A stretch of DNA of 64,000 bases. It comes from Monocercomonoides exilis PA203 (taxonomy: Eukaryota > Protista > Preaxostyla). The position numbers and the translations under genes are program-made. This document shows, in pieces, positions 1-11,100 of the stretch. The notes below the pieces were generated by a model. That model had not been told where the DNA came from. It did no database searches and saw only the letters and a program-made list of their open reading frames with translations. Numbering within the stretch: the stretch's first letter is position 1; each line of letters begins with the position of its first letter. The stretch spans positions 812,178 to 876,177 of the forward strand of contig LSRY02000041.1 in NCBI GenBank assembly GCA_001643675.2, read 5' to 3'.

Positions 1-1545
1 GAAGAGGAAGACGAGGAGGAAAATGAAAAACGTGAGGAAGAAGAGGAAGAGGAAGAAGAAGAGAAAAAGGAGAGAAAAGATAAAGAAGATGTAGAGGAGA
101 AAGAAGAGGAAGAGGAGAAAGATGAAGAAAAAGATGACGAAAAGAGCGTGAAAGAACAACAAGTAGAAGAGAATGAAAAAGGAAAGGAAGAAGAAGACGA
201 GGGAAACTCAATGGAAAAGGAAAATGGTGAAGGAGAAGTTAAAGATAAAGACAATAATGAAAATCTATCTGAAGCAAAAGAAGAAGAAAGGGGAGAAAAA
301 ATAGATGAGATGGAGGAAATTAAGAGGACATATGAAAGGCAAGTGAAGAAGATAAAAGAAGCAGCAAGTCAAAGACAACTGGAAAGGTTATCGAGAATTG
401 AAAGGATGAATAGCAAAGCAGAAGGAGAAGAAGAGAGGAAAGAGGAGAAAGAGGAAGAGGAAGAGGAAGAAAAGAAAGAGGAGAAAGAAGAAGAGAAAGA
501 AGAAGGAACAGAATTGAATGGAAGTGAAGAAAGTGAGATAGAAGGAGAAAAAGCAGAAGAAGAGGAAGAGGAAAAAGAAAAAGAGGAAAAAGAGGAGGAA
601 AGCAAAGAACAAGAGAATGAATTAAACGAAGTGAAGAATAACGAAAGAGAAGAAAAGGATGTTGAAAAGGAAGAAGAAAAGGAAGAAGAAAAGAAAGAAG
701 AAGAAGAGGAGGAAGATAATCAAGAAAAGATTAAAGAAGAGGAAGAGGAAGCAGAAGAAGAGAAAAAAGAAGAGGAACAAGAACAGGAAGAAGTGAAAGA
801 AGAGGAAGAGGAGAAGAAAAGTGAGAAAACTGAAGAAAATGAGGAAATTATAGAAAAAGAAAAAGAGAAAGAGAAAGAAGAAAACACGGGAAATGATGAA
901 GAAGCACATGAAGAAAAAGAAGAATTAACTGTTACAATGGAGAAAGAGGAAGAGAAAGATGATGGAAATGAAGAAAAGAACAAAAAAGAACAAGAAGCTC
1001 AACAAGAAGAACAAAAAGAACAACAACAACAAGAAGAAGAAGAAGATTACACAGAAAAGTTAGAGAACAAAGATGAAGCTGAAAACATTGATGAAACAAT
1101 TCTCCAAAATGAAAAGAAACAAGAGAGTTCAGAAGAGAAGAATGAAACAAGTGAGATTGAAAATCAGTCAGAAGAAAAAGCAGAAAGTGAAGAAAAGGAA
1201 GAAATGCAAAAAGGAATTGAAGAAACAGAAGAAAAGGAAGAGAAAGAGAAAGAGAAAGAAGAAGAAGAAGAAACAAAAATTTCAGAGGAAAAGAAAGAAG
1301 ATGATGAAAATGAAAAGACAGAAGCAAAAGTTGATGAAAAAGAAGTTGAAAAAGAAGTGAAAGAAAAAGGAGAAGGAGAAAAAGGAGAGGAAGAGAAAGA
1401 AGAAGAAGAAGGAAAAGAAGAAGAAGAAGGAAAAGGAGAGGAAGGGAAAGAAAAAGAAGAAGAAAGGAAAAAAGAAGAATCTCACAATAATTTGAATTCT
1501 CAAATAGATTTATCTGTTGATAACAAGGAAGTTGCAAATGGTTGA
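1..1545 (+). CDS. Glu/Lys-rich low-complexity protein, C-terminal part (5'-partial)
   Basis: Frame 1 is open from base 1 (gaa gag gaa gac...) to TGA at 1543-1545, so the track start at 148 is not the true start. The GAA/GAG runs are interspersed with varied codons, unlike a pure microsatellite. Confidence 0.7.
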   Translation, partial: EEEDEEENEKREEEEEEEEEEKKERKDKEDVEEKEEEEEKDEEKDDEKSVKEQQVEENEKGKEEEDEGNSMEKENGEGEVKDKDNNENLSEAKEEERGEKIDEMEEIKRTYERQVKKIKEAASQRQLERLSRIERMNSKAEGEEERKEEKEEEEEEEKKEEKEEEKEEGTELNGSEESEIEGEKAEEEEEEKEKEEKEEESKEQENELNEVKNNEREEKDVEKEEEKEEEKKEEEEEEDNQEKIKEEEEEAEEEKKEEEQEQEEVKEEEEEKKSEKTEENEEIIEKEKEKEKEENTGNDEEAHEEKEELTVTMEKEEEKDDGNEEKNKKEQEAQQEEQKEQQQQEEEEDYTEKLENKDEAENIDETILQNEKKQESSEEKNETSEIENQSEEKAESEEKEEMQKGIEETEEKEEKEKEKEEEEETKISEEKKEDDENEKTEAKVDEKEVEKEVKEKGEGEKGEEEKEEEEGKEEEEGKGEEGKEKEEERKKEESHNNLNSQIDLSVDNKEVANG

Positions 1546-2116
1546 GACTGTATTTTTGAGGCTGTTAAATGACATATCATTTCAAATCTTCTTTCACCGT
1601 CTTTCATTTCCCTCCATTTCTATTATTTTAAATTCAAACATTCTTTCATTTTGTTCATTTCTTCTTCTTCTCTCTTCCATGTGTTTTTTTCAATTTCATT
1701 GTTGCCTTTGTAACTTTTGTTTCTTTTGATTATCATTCTGTTTGTTTGTTTGTTTTTCATTTCATCCGAGTTTTTATTTTATTATTTATTTTGTGAGTGT
1801 TTTTAAGTAAAGTGGAATAAAAAAGAAATGTTGTTCTGTGAGAGGAGAAAAGGAAATTGATTTTCTGTTTTCTTTATTTTTTTAAAAGTTCAATTTTGAA
1901 AGGAAACAACTGAAAAGTATTTTTCATAAATGAAGAAAAGGAAAAAAAAAAAGAAAAGAAAATGCTGATAAAGCAAACAACGAATGTTTCAGACATTAAA
2001 TACTTCATCCGATTTTCAAAATTATTGAAATTTAAATAAACGCAATTTCATTTCATTTCTTTTTTCATTTAAAAATTAAATAAAAAATAAAGCAAAGTAA
2101 AGTAAAGAAATATTCT

Positions 2117-3319
2117 TCATTCCTTCCTCATCTTCTTTTGTTTTTTGAGTGCTTCATTTTCCTTTCCAGCTGTTTTGAATGCAAATACTGTCCAACACCA
2201 GCACAAATGAATGAACTTCAGCGGAGATGATAGATAATACAGAGTTCCTGTCTTCTCTCCATTTCTTTTCTGTAAAATGGTGTGTGTGCGTGTGTGGGTG
2301 GGTGGGTGAGGGCAAAAAAAAAAAAGAAGGTTAAAGAAGATTAATTGAAAAGGAGGGGAGGAAAAAATGGAATAAATGAAGAGGAATAAAAGAAAAAAAA
2401 TTGATCACATTGATAATCAGAGAAATAGACAAAAAAATTTGTTCAATTTTTTGATTAAATGCAATAAAAACAAATGAAAGGGAATCGAAAAATTAATTCC
2501 GAAGAAATAAAAATGAAAAACAAAAAATAAAAATCTGAAAATTTTGACAGTCAAAAAAAACACACCTTCATCCAAAAATCGAACCAGAAAGAGGAAATAT
2601 TTGAAGGAGATAAAGAAGAAGAAGAAGAAGATGTTGATGATGAAGCTGATGCAGATGAAAAAGAAGACGAAGAGATTAGACTAAAAAGAGCATCCAGAAA
2701 AGAAGGATGAAATCTTATGAATTTTGCAAAGTTCATTTGCCTAATGAAATATAAATGTTGAAGTTTAACAAATGATAAAAAATGCAATTTAAAATAACAT
2801 AATGTCATATATTTGAATGAATGAATGAGCAACAAAGAAAAGAGAATTCCAAAATCAATAAATAAAAGAAAAGAAAAGAAAAGAAAAGAAAAGAAAAGAA
2901 AAGAAAAAAAAGAAAAGAAAAAAAAGAAAAGAAAAGAAAAAAAAGAAAAGAAAAGAAAAGAAAAGAAAAGAAAAGAAAAGAAAAGAAAAGAAAAGAAAAG
3001 AAAAGAAAAGAAAAGAAAAGAAAAGAAAAGAAAAGAAAAGAAAAGAAAAAAAAGAAAAGAAAAGAAAAAAAAGAAAAGAAAAGAAAAGAAAAGAAAAGAA
3101 AAGAAAAGAAAAGAAAAGAAAAGAAAAGAAAAGAAAAGAAAAGAAAAGAAAAGAAAAGAAAAGAAAAGAAAAGAAAAGAAAAGAAAAGAAAAGAAAAGAA
3201 AAGAAAAGAAAAGAAAAGAAAAGAAAAGAAAAGAAAAGAAAAGAAAAGAAAAGAAAAGAAAAGAAAAGAAAAGAAAAGAAAAGAAAAGAAAAGAAAAGAA
3301 AAGAAAAAGAAAAGAAAAG

Positions 3320-3350
<31 letters not shown>

Positions 3351-3416
3351 GAAAAGAAAAGAAAAGAAAAGAAAAGAAAAGAAAAGAAAAGAAAAGAAAA
3401 GAAAAGAAAAGAAAAG

Positions 3417-3447
<31 letters not shown>

Positions 3448-4070
3448 GAAAAGAAAAGAAAAGAAAAGAAAAGAAAAGAAAAGAAAAGAAAAAGAAAAGA
3501 AAAAGAAAAGAAAAAAAAAGAAAAGAAAAGAAAAGAAAAGAAAAGAAAAGAAAAGAAAAGAAAAGAAAAGAAAAGAAAAGAAAAGAAAAGAAAAGAAAAG
3601 AAAAGAAAAAAAAAGAAAAGAAAAGAAAAGAAAAGAAAAGAAAAGAAAAGAAAAGAAAAAAAGAAAAGAAAAGAAAAAAAGAAAAGAAAAGAAAAGAAAA
3701 GAAAAGAAAAGAAACGAAAAGAAAAAAGAAAAGAAAAGAAAAGAAAAGAAAAGAAAGAAAAGAAAAAAGAAAAGAAAAGAAAAGAAAAGAAAAGAAAGAA
3801 AAGAAAAGAAAAGAAAAGAGAAGAAAAGAAAAAAGAAAAGAAAAGAAAAGAAAAGAAAAGAGAAGAAAAGAAAAAAGAAAAAAAGAAAAGAAAAGAAAAG
3901 AAAAGAAAAGAAAAGAAAAGAAAAGAAAAGAAAAGAAAAGAAAAGAAAAGAAAAGAAAAGAAAAGAAAAGAAAAGAAAAGAAAAGAAAAGAAAAGAAAAG
4001 AAAAGAAAAGAAAAGAAAAGAAAAGAAAAGAAAAGAAAAGAAAAGAAAAGAAAAGAAAAGAAAAGAAAAG

Positions 4071-4103
<33 letters not shown>

Positions 4104-4505
4104 AAAAAAAAAAAAAGAAAAAAAAAGAAAAAAAGAAAAGAAAAGAAAAGAAAAGAAAAGAAAAGAAAAGAAAAGAAAAGAAAAGAAAAGAAAAGAAAAG
4201 AAAAGAAAAGAAAAGAAAAGAAAAGAAAAGAAAAGAAAAGAAAAGAAAAGAAAAAAAGAAAAGAAAAGAAAAAAAGAAAAGAAAAGAAAAGAAAAGAAAA
4301 GAAAAAAAAAGAAAAGAAAAGAAAAGAAAAGAAAAGAAAAGAAAAGAAAAGAAAAGAAAAGAAAAGAAAAGAAAAGAAAAGAAAAGAAAAGAAAAGAAAA
4401 GAAAAGAAAAGAAAAGAAAAGAAAAGAAAAGAAAAAGAAAAAGAAAAAAGAAAAGAAAAGAAAAGAAAAGAAAAGAAAAGAAAAGAAAAGAAAAGAAAAG
4501 AAAAG

Positions 4506-4575
<70 letters not shown>

Positions 4576-4999
4576 AAAGAAAAAAAAAAAAAAGAAAAGA
4601 AAAAAAAAAGAAAAGAAAAGAAAAGAAAAGAAAAGAAAAGAAAAGAAAAGAAAAGAAAAGAAAAGAAAAGAAAAGAAAAGAAAAGAAAAGAAAAGAAAAG
4701 AAAAGAAAAGAAAAGAAAAGAAAAGAAAAGAAAAGAAAAGAAAAGAAAAGAAAAGAAAAGAAAAAGAAAAGAAAAGAAAAGAAAAGAAAAGAAAAGAAAA
4801 GAAAAGAAAAGAAAAGAAAAGAAAAGAAAAAAAAAGAAAAGAAAAGAAAAGAAAAAGAAAAGAAAAAGAAAAGAAAAGAAAAGAAAAGAAAAGAAAAGAA
4901 AAGAAAAGAAAAGAAAAGAAAAGAAAAGAAAAAGAAAAGAAAAGAAAAGAAAAGAAAAGAAAAGAAAAGAAAAGAAAAGAAAAGAAAAGAAAAGAAAAG

Positions 5000-5034
<35 letters not shown>

Positions 5035-5078
5035 GAAAAGAAAAGAAAAGAAAAGAAAAGAAAAGAAAAAAAGAAAAG

Positions 5079-5109
<31 letters not shown>

Positions 5110-7366
5110 GAAAAGAAAAGAAAAAAAGAAAAGAAAAGAAAAGAAAAGAAAAGAAAAGAAAAGAAAAGAAAAGAAAAGAAAAGAAAAGAAAAGAAAAAAA
5201 GAAAAGAAAAGAAAAGAAAAGAAAAGAAAAGAAAAGAAAAGAAAAGAAAAGAAAAGAAAAGAAAAGAAAAGAAAAAAAGAAAAGAAAAAAAGAAAAGAAA
5301 AGAAAAGAAAAAAAGAAAAGAAAAGAAAAGAAAAGAAAAGAAAAGAAAAGAAAAGAAAAGAAAAGAAAAGAAAAGAAAAGAAAAAAAGAAAAGAAAAGAA
5401 AAGAAAAGAAAAGAAAAGAAAAGAAAAGAAAAGAAAAGAAAAGAAAAGAAAAAAAGAAAAGAAAAGAAAAGAAAAGAAAAAAAGAAAAGAAAAGAAAAGA
5501 AAAGAAAAGAAAAGAAAAGAAAAGAAAAGAAAAGAAAAAAAGAAAAGAAAAAAAAGAAAAGAAAAGAAAAGAAAAAAAGAAAAGAAAAGAAAAGAAAAGA
5601 AAAGAAAAGAAAAGAAAAGAAAAGAAAAGAAAAGAAAAGAAAAGAAAAAAAGAAAAGAAAAGAAAAGAAAAGAAAAGAAAAGAAAAGAAAAGAAAAGAAA
5701 AGAAAAGAAAAGAAAAAAAAGAAAAGAAAAGAAAAGAAAAAAAAGAAAAGAAAAGAAAAGAAAAGAAAAGAAAAGAAAAGAAAAAAAAGAAAAGAAAAGA
5801 AAAGAAAAGAAAAGAAAAAAAAGAAAAGAAAAGAAAAGAAAAGAAAAGAAAAGAAAAGAAAAAAAAGAAAAGAAAAGAAAAGAAAAGAAAAGATAAGATA
5901 AGATAAGAAAAGAAAAAAAAGAAAAGAAAAGAAAAGAAAAGAAAAGAAAGAAAAATTCCAAACCTCTTTATCATTTCTGCACTATCATCCACTCTATCCC
6001 CGTGCATCTTCCACAGATTCGGTCTCTCCCAGTTCTTCTTCTCCTCAAAACAGAACTCCACCGCATCAGCTGCCGTAGCTGCGGAACGAAGCGAATAAGC
6101 AAGCGTTTCTCCTTCTGAATTGGAAAGCGCTGCTGCCTGCCCAACAAGAAGCAGATGCGACATCACAGGAAGCGGAGACGCACCGCCACGGATGCGCACA
6201 TAGCGCAGCTGGGCAAACGGCGTTGATGAGGTGAAAGAGAACGAGGGAGATGGTTTGGATTCTGACTCGCTCTTGTTGTCTGACTGTGTGTTTGATTTAG
6301 ATTTTGGATTTTCTTTTGTTTTTGGATTATCATTTTTGTCTTTTGGGTTTGATTCTTGTTCTGCTTTTGAAGAATTTCCGGTGTTTGTTTCAATTCTGTG
6401 CTGATCCAGAAACTTTGGCAATGACATTTTTGACACTGAAGGAACGAGAAACGTTCTGAAGTGATTGTTCTCGCTGACTTCTTCAGATTCGCTTTTGCAC
6501 AGGTACTGTCGATACCCAGGAAGCAGCTCTGTTTCGTATACTGTCTTCAGCACACACTTTTGATTTGTTAATTCAGAATGAAACAGTTTGTCCTGATAGA
6601 TCAAAAACCCACTCATGGGATGTGCATATTTGTTAATCAATCCAAGAGAAACAGGAAGATCTGCATGAGATCCGCAAGCACCAATTAATATTCGCGTATC
6701 CATGCTATGTAGTTTCTCATCACGATCGTTGTATTTCACGGTCCAATAGCCTCCATCACTGGTGAATTGAGATTCTGTGAATTGTGAATTCCATCTAATT
6801 CTCACCCTGCTCTTGTCAATAAGCCCAAGCAAAATCTGAAGAACAGAAATACGTTTTACAGCAATAACTTCAATTGGAATTTTTATTGTCAAGCCACTTG
6901 GAGATACAACAGTCTCCGAACCAATAGTTATAGTCTGAGATTGTTTTGACACTTTGTCCCATATCCCTAATTCCTTCATCTGTTCGATTTCAGATGAACG
7001 TAACAATTCAAATGTGGTGTTGGGGTCTGGATAAATTTGTGGTGTGGCATTTGAAGGCAATTTTGGTTGTTGAAATGACTCAAGCATCCTTTCCAAAATT
7101 ACAATATGTTTAAGTTTTGTTTTTTTCTGTATCTGAATAGCAGCAGATAAGCCTGAAATGCCTGCTCCAACTATTACAACGTCTTCAGCTTTCATATCGG
7201 TATCAACGCGATAATTTGGCTTTTCCTTCTTCCAAGCTCTTCTAAGTTGCTTTATTCCATGCATAAGGCCCATTCCAAGTGCGACACTAGCGCATACAGT
7301 TAAAATTACTTTTTTTGGCAGCTGGAGAAAGTCAAAAAAGCCCATTTTGATTATTGATTTGATCAT
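2117..7366 (-). CDS. FAD-dependent oxidoreductase (geranylgeranyl-reductase/flavin-monooxygenase-like), 3 exons, ~576 aa
   Basis: Rossmann motif DVVIVGAGISGLSAA...ILER, plus degenerate DG (RILIGACGSH) and GD (LLLVGQAA) motifs and an N-terminal hydrophobic segment. Exons 7366-5964, 2740-2566 and 2269-2117 join in phase through GT..AG introns (AG|GTTTGG..TTAG|G; AAG|GTGTG..ACAG|AAA). The total is 1731 nt ending in TGA. Confidence 0.8.
2863..5950. repeat. (AAAAG)n/(CTTTT)n microsatellite, ~3.1 kb, intronic, containing an A68 run at 4506-4573
   Basis: Directly visible pentamer array that is almost purely purine on the + strand. It lies inside intron 5963-2741. Confidence 0.98.
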
Positions 7367-7512
7367 AAAACCAAAAGGAAAATTTTCAAAATTTTATTGA
7401 ACAATGAAAAATAAAATGGAAAGCAAGGTTATAAATCTAATATTCTCAATATAAATAAATAAATAATTTTTTAAAACATAATATAACATAAACGAAACAA
7501 CTTAATAACAAT

Positions 7513-8107
7513 TCAATTTTCTAACACAAAGTCTGTAAGAGTTGGCTGTATACCAAAAGAATGAACAACCGGTTTGATGTTTTTCCAGTAAATAATCACA
7601 GGCTGATCGCCCTGGGCAAAGTTATCTATTTGCTTCAATTTCTGCTTTCCATTGTTTGTTAAAGAATTATTATGAGGTAGAAATATATTTGGAAGGCGGT
7701 TAGAACAATCATCAATACATTCATTATGAATCTTTCTGTTTGGATTATCATAACTGTCATTCTTCTTATTCGATTGCATTGTATTTTCAGTCTCAAACAC
7801 AACAGCTTTCAATTCCACGTCTGCAAAAACTGAGTTGAAACTGAGAAAACAAGCTGTTCCCTGATAGGAAGCTTGGCAGTTTTTGAAATAACATCCACAA
7901 ATTGACACAGAAGATGTGGCTTTGCAATGAAAACTGTGAAAAATTTGTGGTTTTTGAGGGAAAGCAGGAAATTGATAGGAAATATAGATAGCTCCGCCAT
8001 TTGATTGAGAAGGTTGGTTGTTAGTTGATGATGATGATGATGAAAAATAAGAAGGAGAAGGAGAAGGAGAAGGAGAAGGAGAAGGAGAAGAAGAAGAAGA
8101 AGAATAA

Positions 8108-8140
<33 letters not shown>

Positions 8141-11100
8141 AACGAAAATGAAGAAATAGGATGATTGTAAACACAATTACTGAAATTAAAGTACGAACAT
8201 GAATGCATATTACTTATAAAAGGGTGTTTGGAACAAAAAGGCATTGATATTGTTGTAAATGAAGGAGAAGATGAAAATGAAGAAGAAGAAGAATGAGAAG
8301 AAGAAGAAATAGAATGAGAAGGAGAAAGAGAAGAAGTATCTGAAGTTGTTACATTCTGATTAACACCGCCTGCACTGCAATTGATGAACTTGCAGCGGGC
8401 AAATGAAACAAAACGAGAAGAAGACTCAACAAAAAAGCAGCCGCCGTGTAACACAGAGGAACATGAACTGAAAGTGCAATTCTCAACATTCAGAGAGGAG
8501 GAAGGGGAAGGATAGCAGAAAGAGGAAGAAGAAGAAGAGGGAGAGGAAGAAAGAGAGGATGAGGAGGAAGAAAAGCGAGAAGAAGAAGAAGATGATGATG
8601 ATGAACAACAACAAGAAGAAGAAAGAGAATGATCGGAAGAGAAACGTGAAGAAGCTGAAGAGGCTGTTGAATTGCTAAAAGTATGAATGAAATCGCTAAG
8701 CGACAAAATAGAACCCGAGGAAAAAGTATGAAAAGAACTAAAATTTGATGATTTGATTGAAACAGACAAAAAATGATTGGAAGAAGAAAAGGAAGGAGAA
8801 GAAGAGAAGGAAGAGGAAGAAGAGGATTGGGAAGAAGGAAAAGTGGAAGAAGGAGAAGGAGAAGAAGAAGTTGATGACGATGAAGATGACGATTGTTCCA
8901 TCGAACAAGAGCAAGCAATAAGAGAAGAAGACATATTTATAGGCAGATCAACATTATGTGCTGGCAAATCCACAGAAATATCAGAAAGAGAAGCATCCAA
9001 TTCGGCAATGTTCAAATAGGAAGTTTCTTTTGGACAGCATTTGATGAGAGAAAATGACATTATCCAGTTTGAGTCAAAGGGAACAGAAGCAGAAAAGGAC
9101 AAAAAGGAAGAGTTTATTAGCAAATGGCCAGATGTCAAGAGAAGAAGGGAATCGTGACGAAGAAAAGGAGGGATTTGAAAGTTGACAAGGGAAAAAGAAA
9201 GAGAAGGAGAAAATGAGGAGGATGATGATGATGAAGAGGAGGAAGGAGATGATGAAGAAACATCTTCACTTTGTTCACTTTCTCCACAAATAAACCTTCC
9301 ATTCGACTTCCACCTGAGTAATCCAAACTTTCTCGTCTCTCCTCCTCCTTCTCCTATTCCTTCTCCTCCTTCTCCACTTCTTCCACTTCTTTCCCCTCCA
9401 TTAATCTCCACATCACCCGCCACAAGGGAAGAAGAGAACACTTCATCCACATCCATCGTGTCGAAGACGATGATGGCGTGTTTCAGCAATGAAGAAGACT
9501 GGAGCCTGTGAATGGCCATTGCAAGTGTGGCACATTTATTTGTGGAGAAAGAGGAGGAAGAAGAGGAGAAAGAAGAAGAAGATGATGTGGAAGAAGAAGA
9601 AGAATCAAACGAATTATGCATTTCACTTCTTTCATCTCCACTCCCACCTCCACAGCATTCTGTATCTTCTCCTGTGTCCGAATCAACAGCTACTCCAAAC
9701 TTAATCCCCATCAAACTCTCCTGATCTTCCAGGCAGCTTCCATCAGGCAACTCAATTTCGCTCCTGTTCTTCATCACAAACTCCTCCGAATAGAAAGGTA
9801 AGCTCACAAGTTTGTATTCTCTTGTCTCTGGCTCCACAACCCAGTTGTCTTCCCACCTCGCCACACGCACCGCTACTTCTTCTTCCTTCTGTGTCCATTT
9901 CAGAAGATGAGAAGGAATTTTGCCTATTGCTTCTTCTTCGTTGTGATAATCGGTGAAGGGAAAGGGGTAAATGATGGTGGAGTTGTGGAAGCGAGAAATA
10001 AGTTCATAGGACATGTTGCATGGGAGAAGCAAAGAACCAGAGAAGGTGAGGCGGGAATACCAGGAAGAAGAAGAAGGAGAAGAAGGAGAAGAAAATGAGG
10101 AGGAACAGGAAGAAGGAGAAGAAGATGAATTAGAAGAAAGAGAATTAGGAGATTGAGATAAAAAAGTGTCTGAAGACAAAGATGAAGAAGAAGACAATGT
10201 TGTTGATGATGATAAATGTGTTGTTTCATCTGCATCTTCAACAGCAATTGAATCCAAATTCGTGACAAACAGCTGTGGAAGTCTTTTTTCCTCGAACATC
10301 TGCCCAACAACTGCACATCCCTTGTTGAGAATCCACAAAGAAGCTAAAGATTCATCTATAACGCTTTCTTTTGTTGGAAAATTTTGATCATTTTCTTGTT
10401 TATTTTGAAAATTTCCTTCTTTTTCTGTAAAGTTTCTTCTTTTCATATTTCGTTTTTCATTCTTCTTTTGAGGTAGATTGGGAGAATAGGATGAAGAAGA
10501 ATGACTCATAAACCGCAAACTGGACACATTCAAAATGCATTCAATAGATTGGCTTTGAAGTAAAGATGAAGAAGAATAAGGTGAATAAGAATGATGAGAA
10601 GAAAGAGAAGAAGATGATGATGATGAAGCATAAGACTGCTGCCCAGTTCTTTCGCACAGAATATTCCTTCGAACCTGACTGTAATTTGGGATCTGTGGAT
10701 TGTTTGAATGAAAATAAACATCAGAAAGAGAAACAATGCTGTCACAGATAGAAAGTGCGCCTTCAGATGAAAAAGACAAAGATGAGTTGCAAATAGAGGC
10801 AAAGGAATTGCGAATATGAAGCATAGAACCGTTCCAGTGGCATATGAGATCGGCAGAGGAGACAGAGAAACGTGATGAAAAAGATGAAAATTTTGATTTT
10901 GGAGAATGGATACAAGAATTTTTCATATAAATACAATCTGAAGATGATAAATCTGAAGAAGATAAAGAAGATAAAGAAGAAGATGAAAAAGAAGAAGAAG
11001 AAGATAATGATGATGATGATGATGATGACATCAATGCTTCCACATCCCCCACGAATTCACAGTCTGTCAATGAAAGTTGAGGAACATTTGCAAATTCTGC

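Noticed and set aside
2551-5961. 1000+ aa KRKEK / FFSFL ORFs and the poly-FS tail of the 1503-aa ORF
   Set aside because: These are translations of the stop-free (AAAAG)n repeat. Phase-consistent splice sites remove it as an intron.
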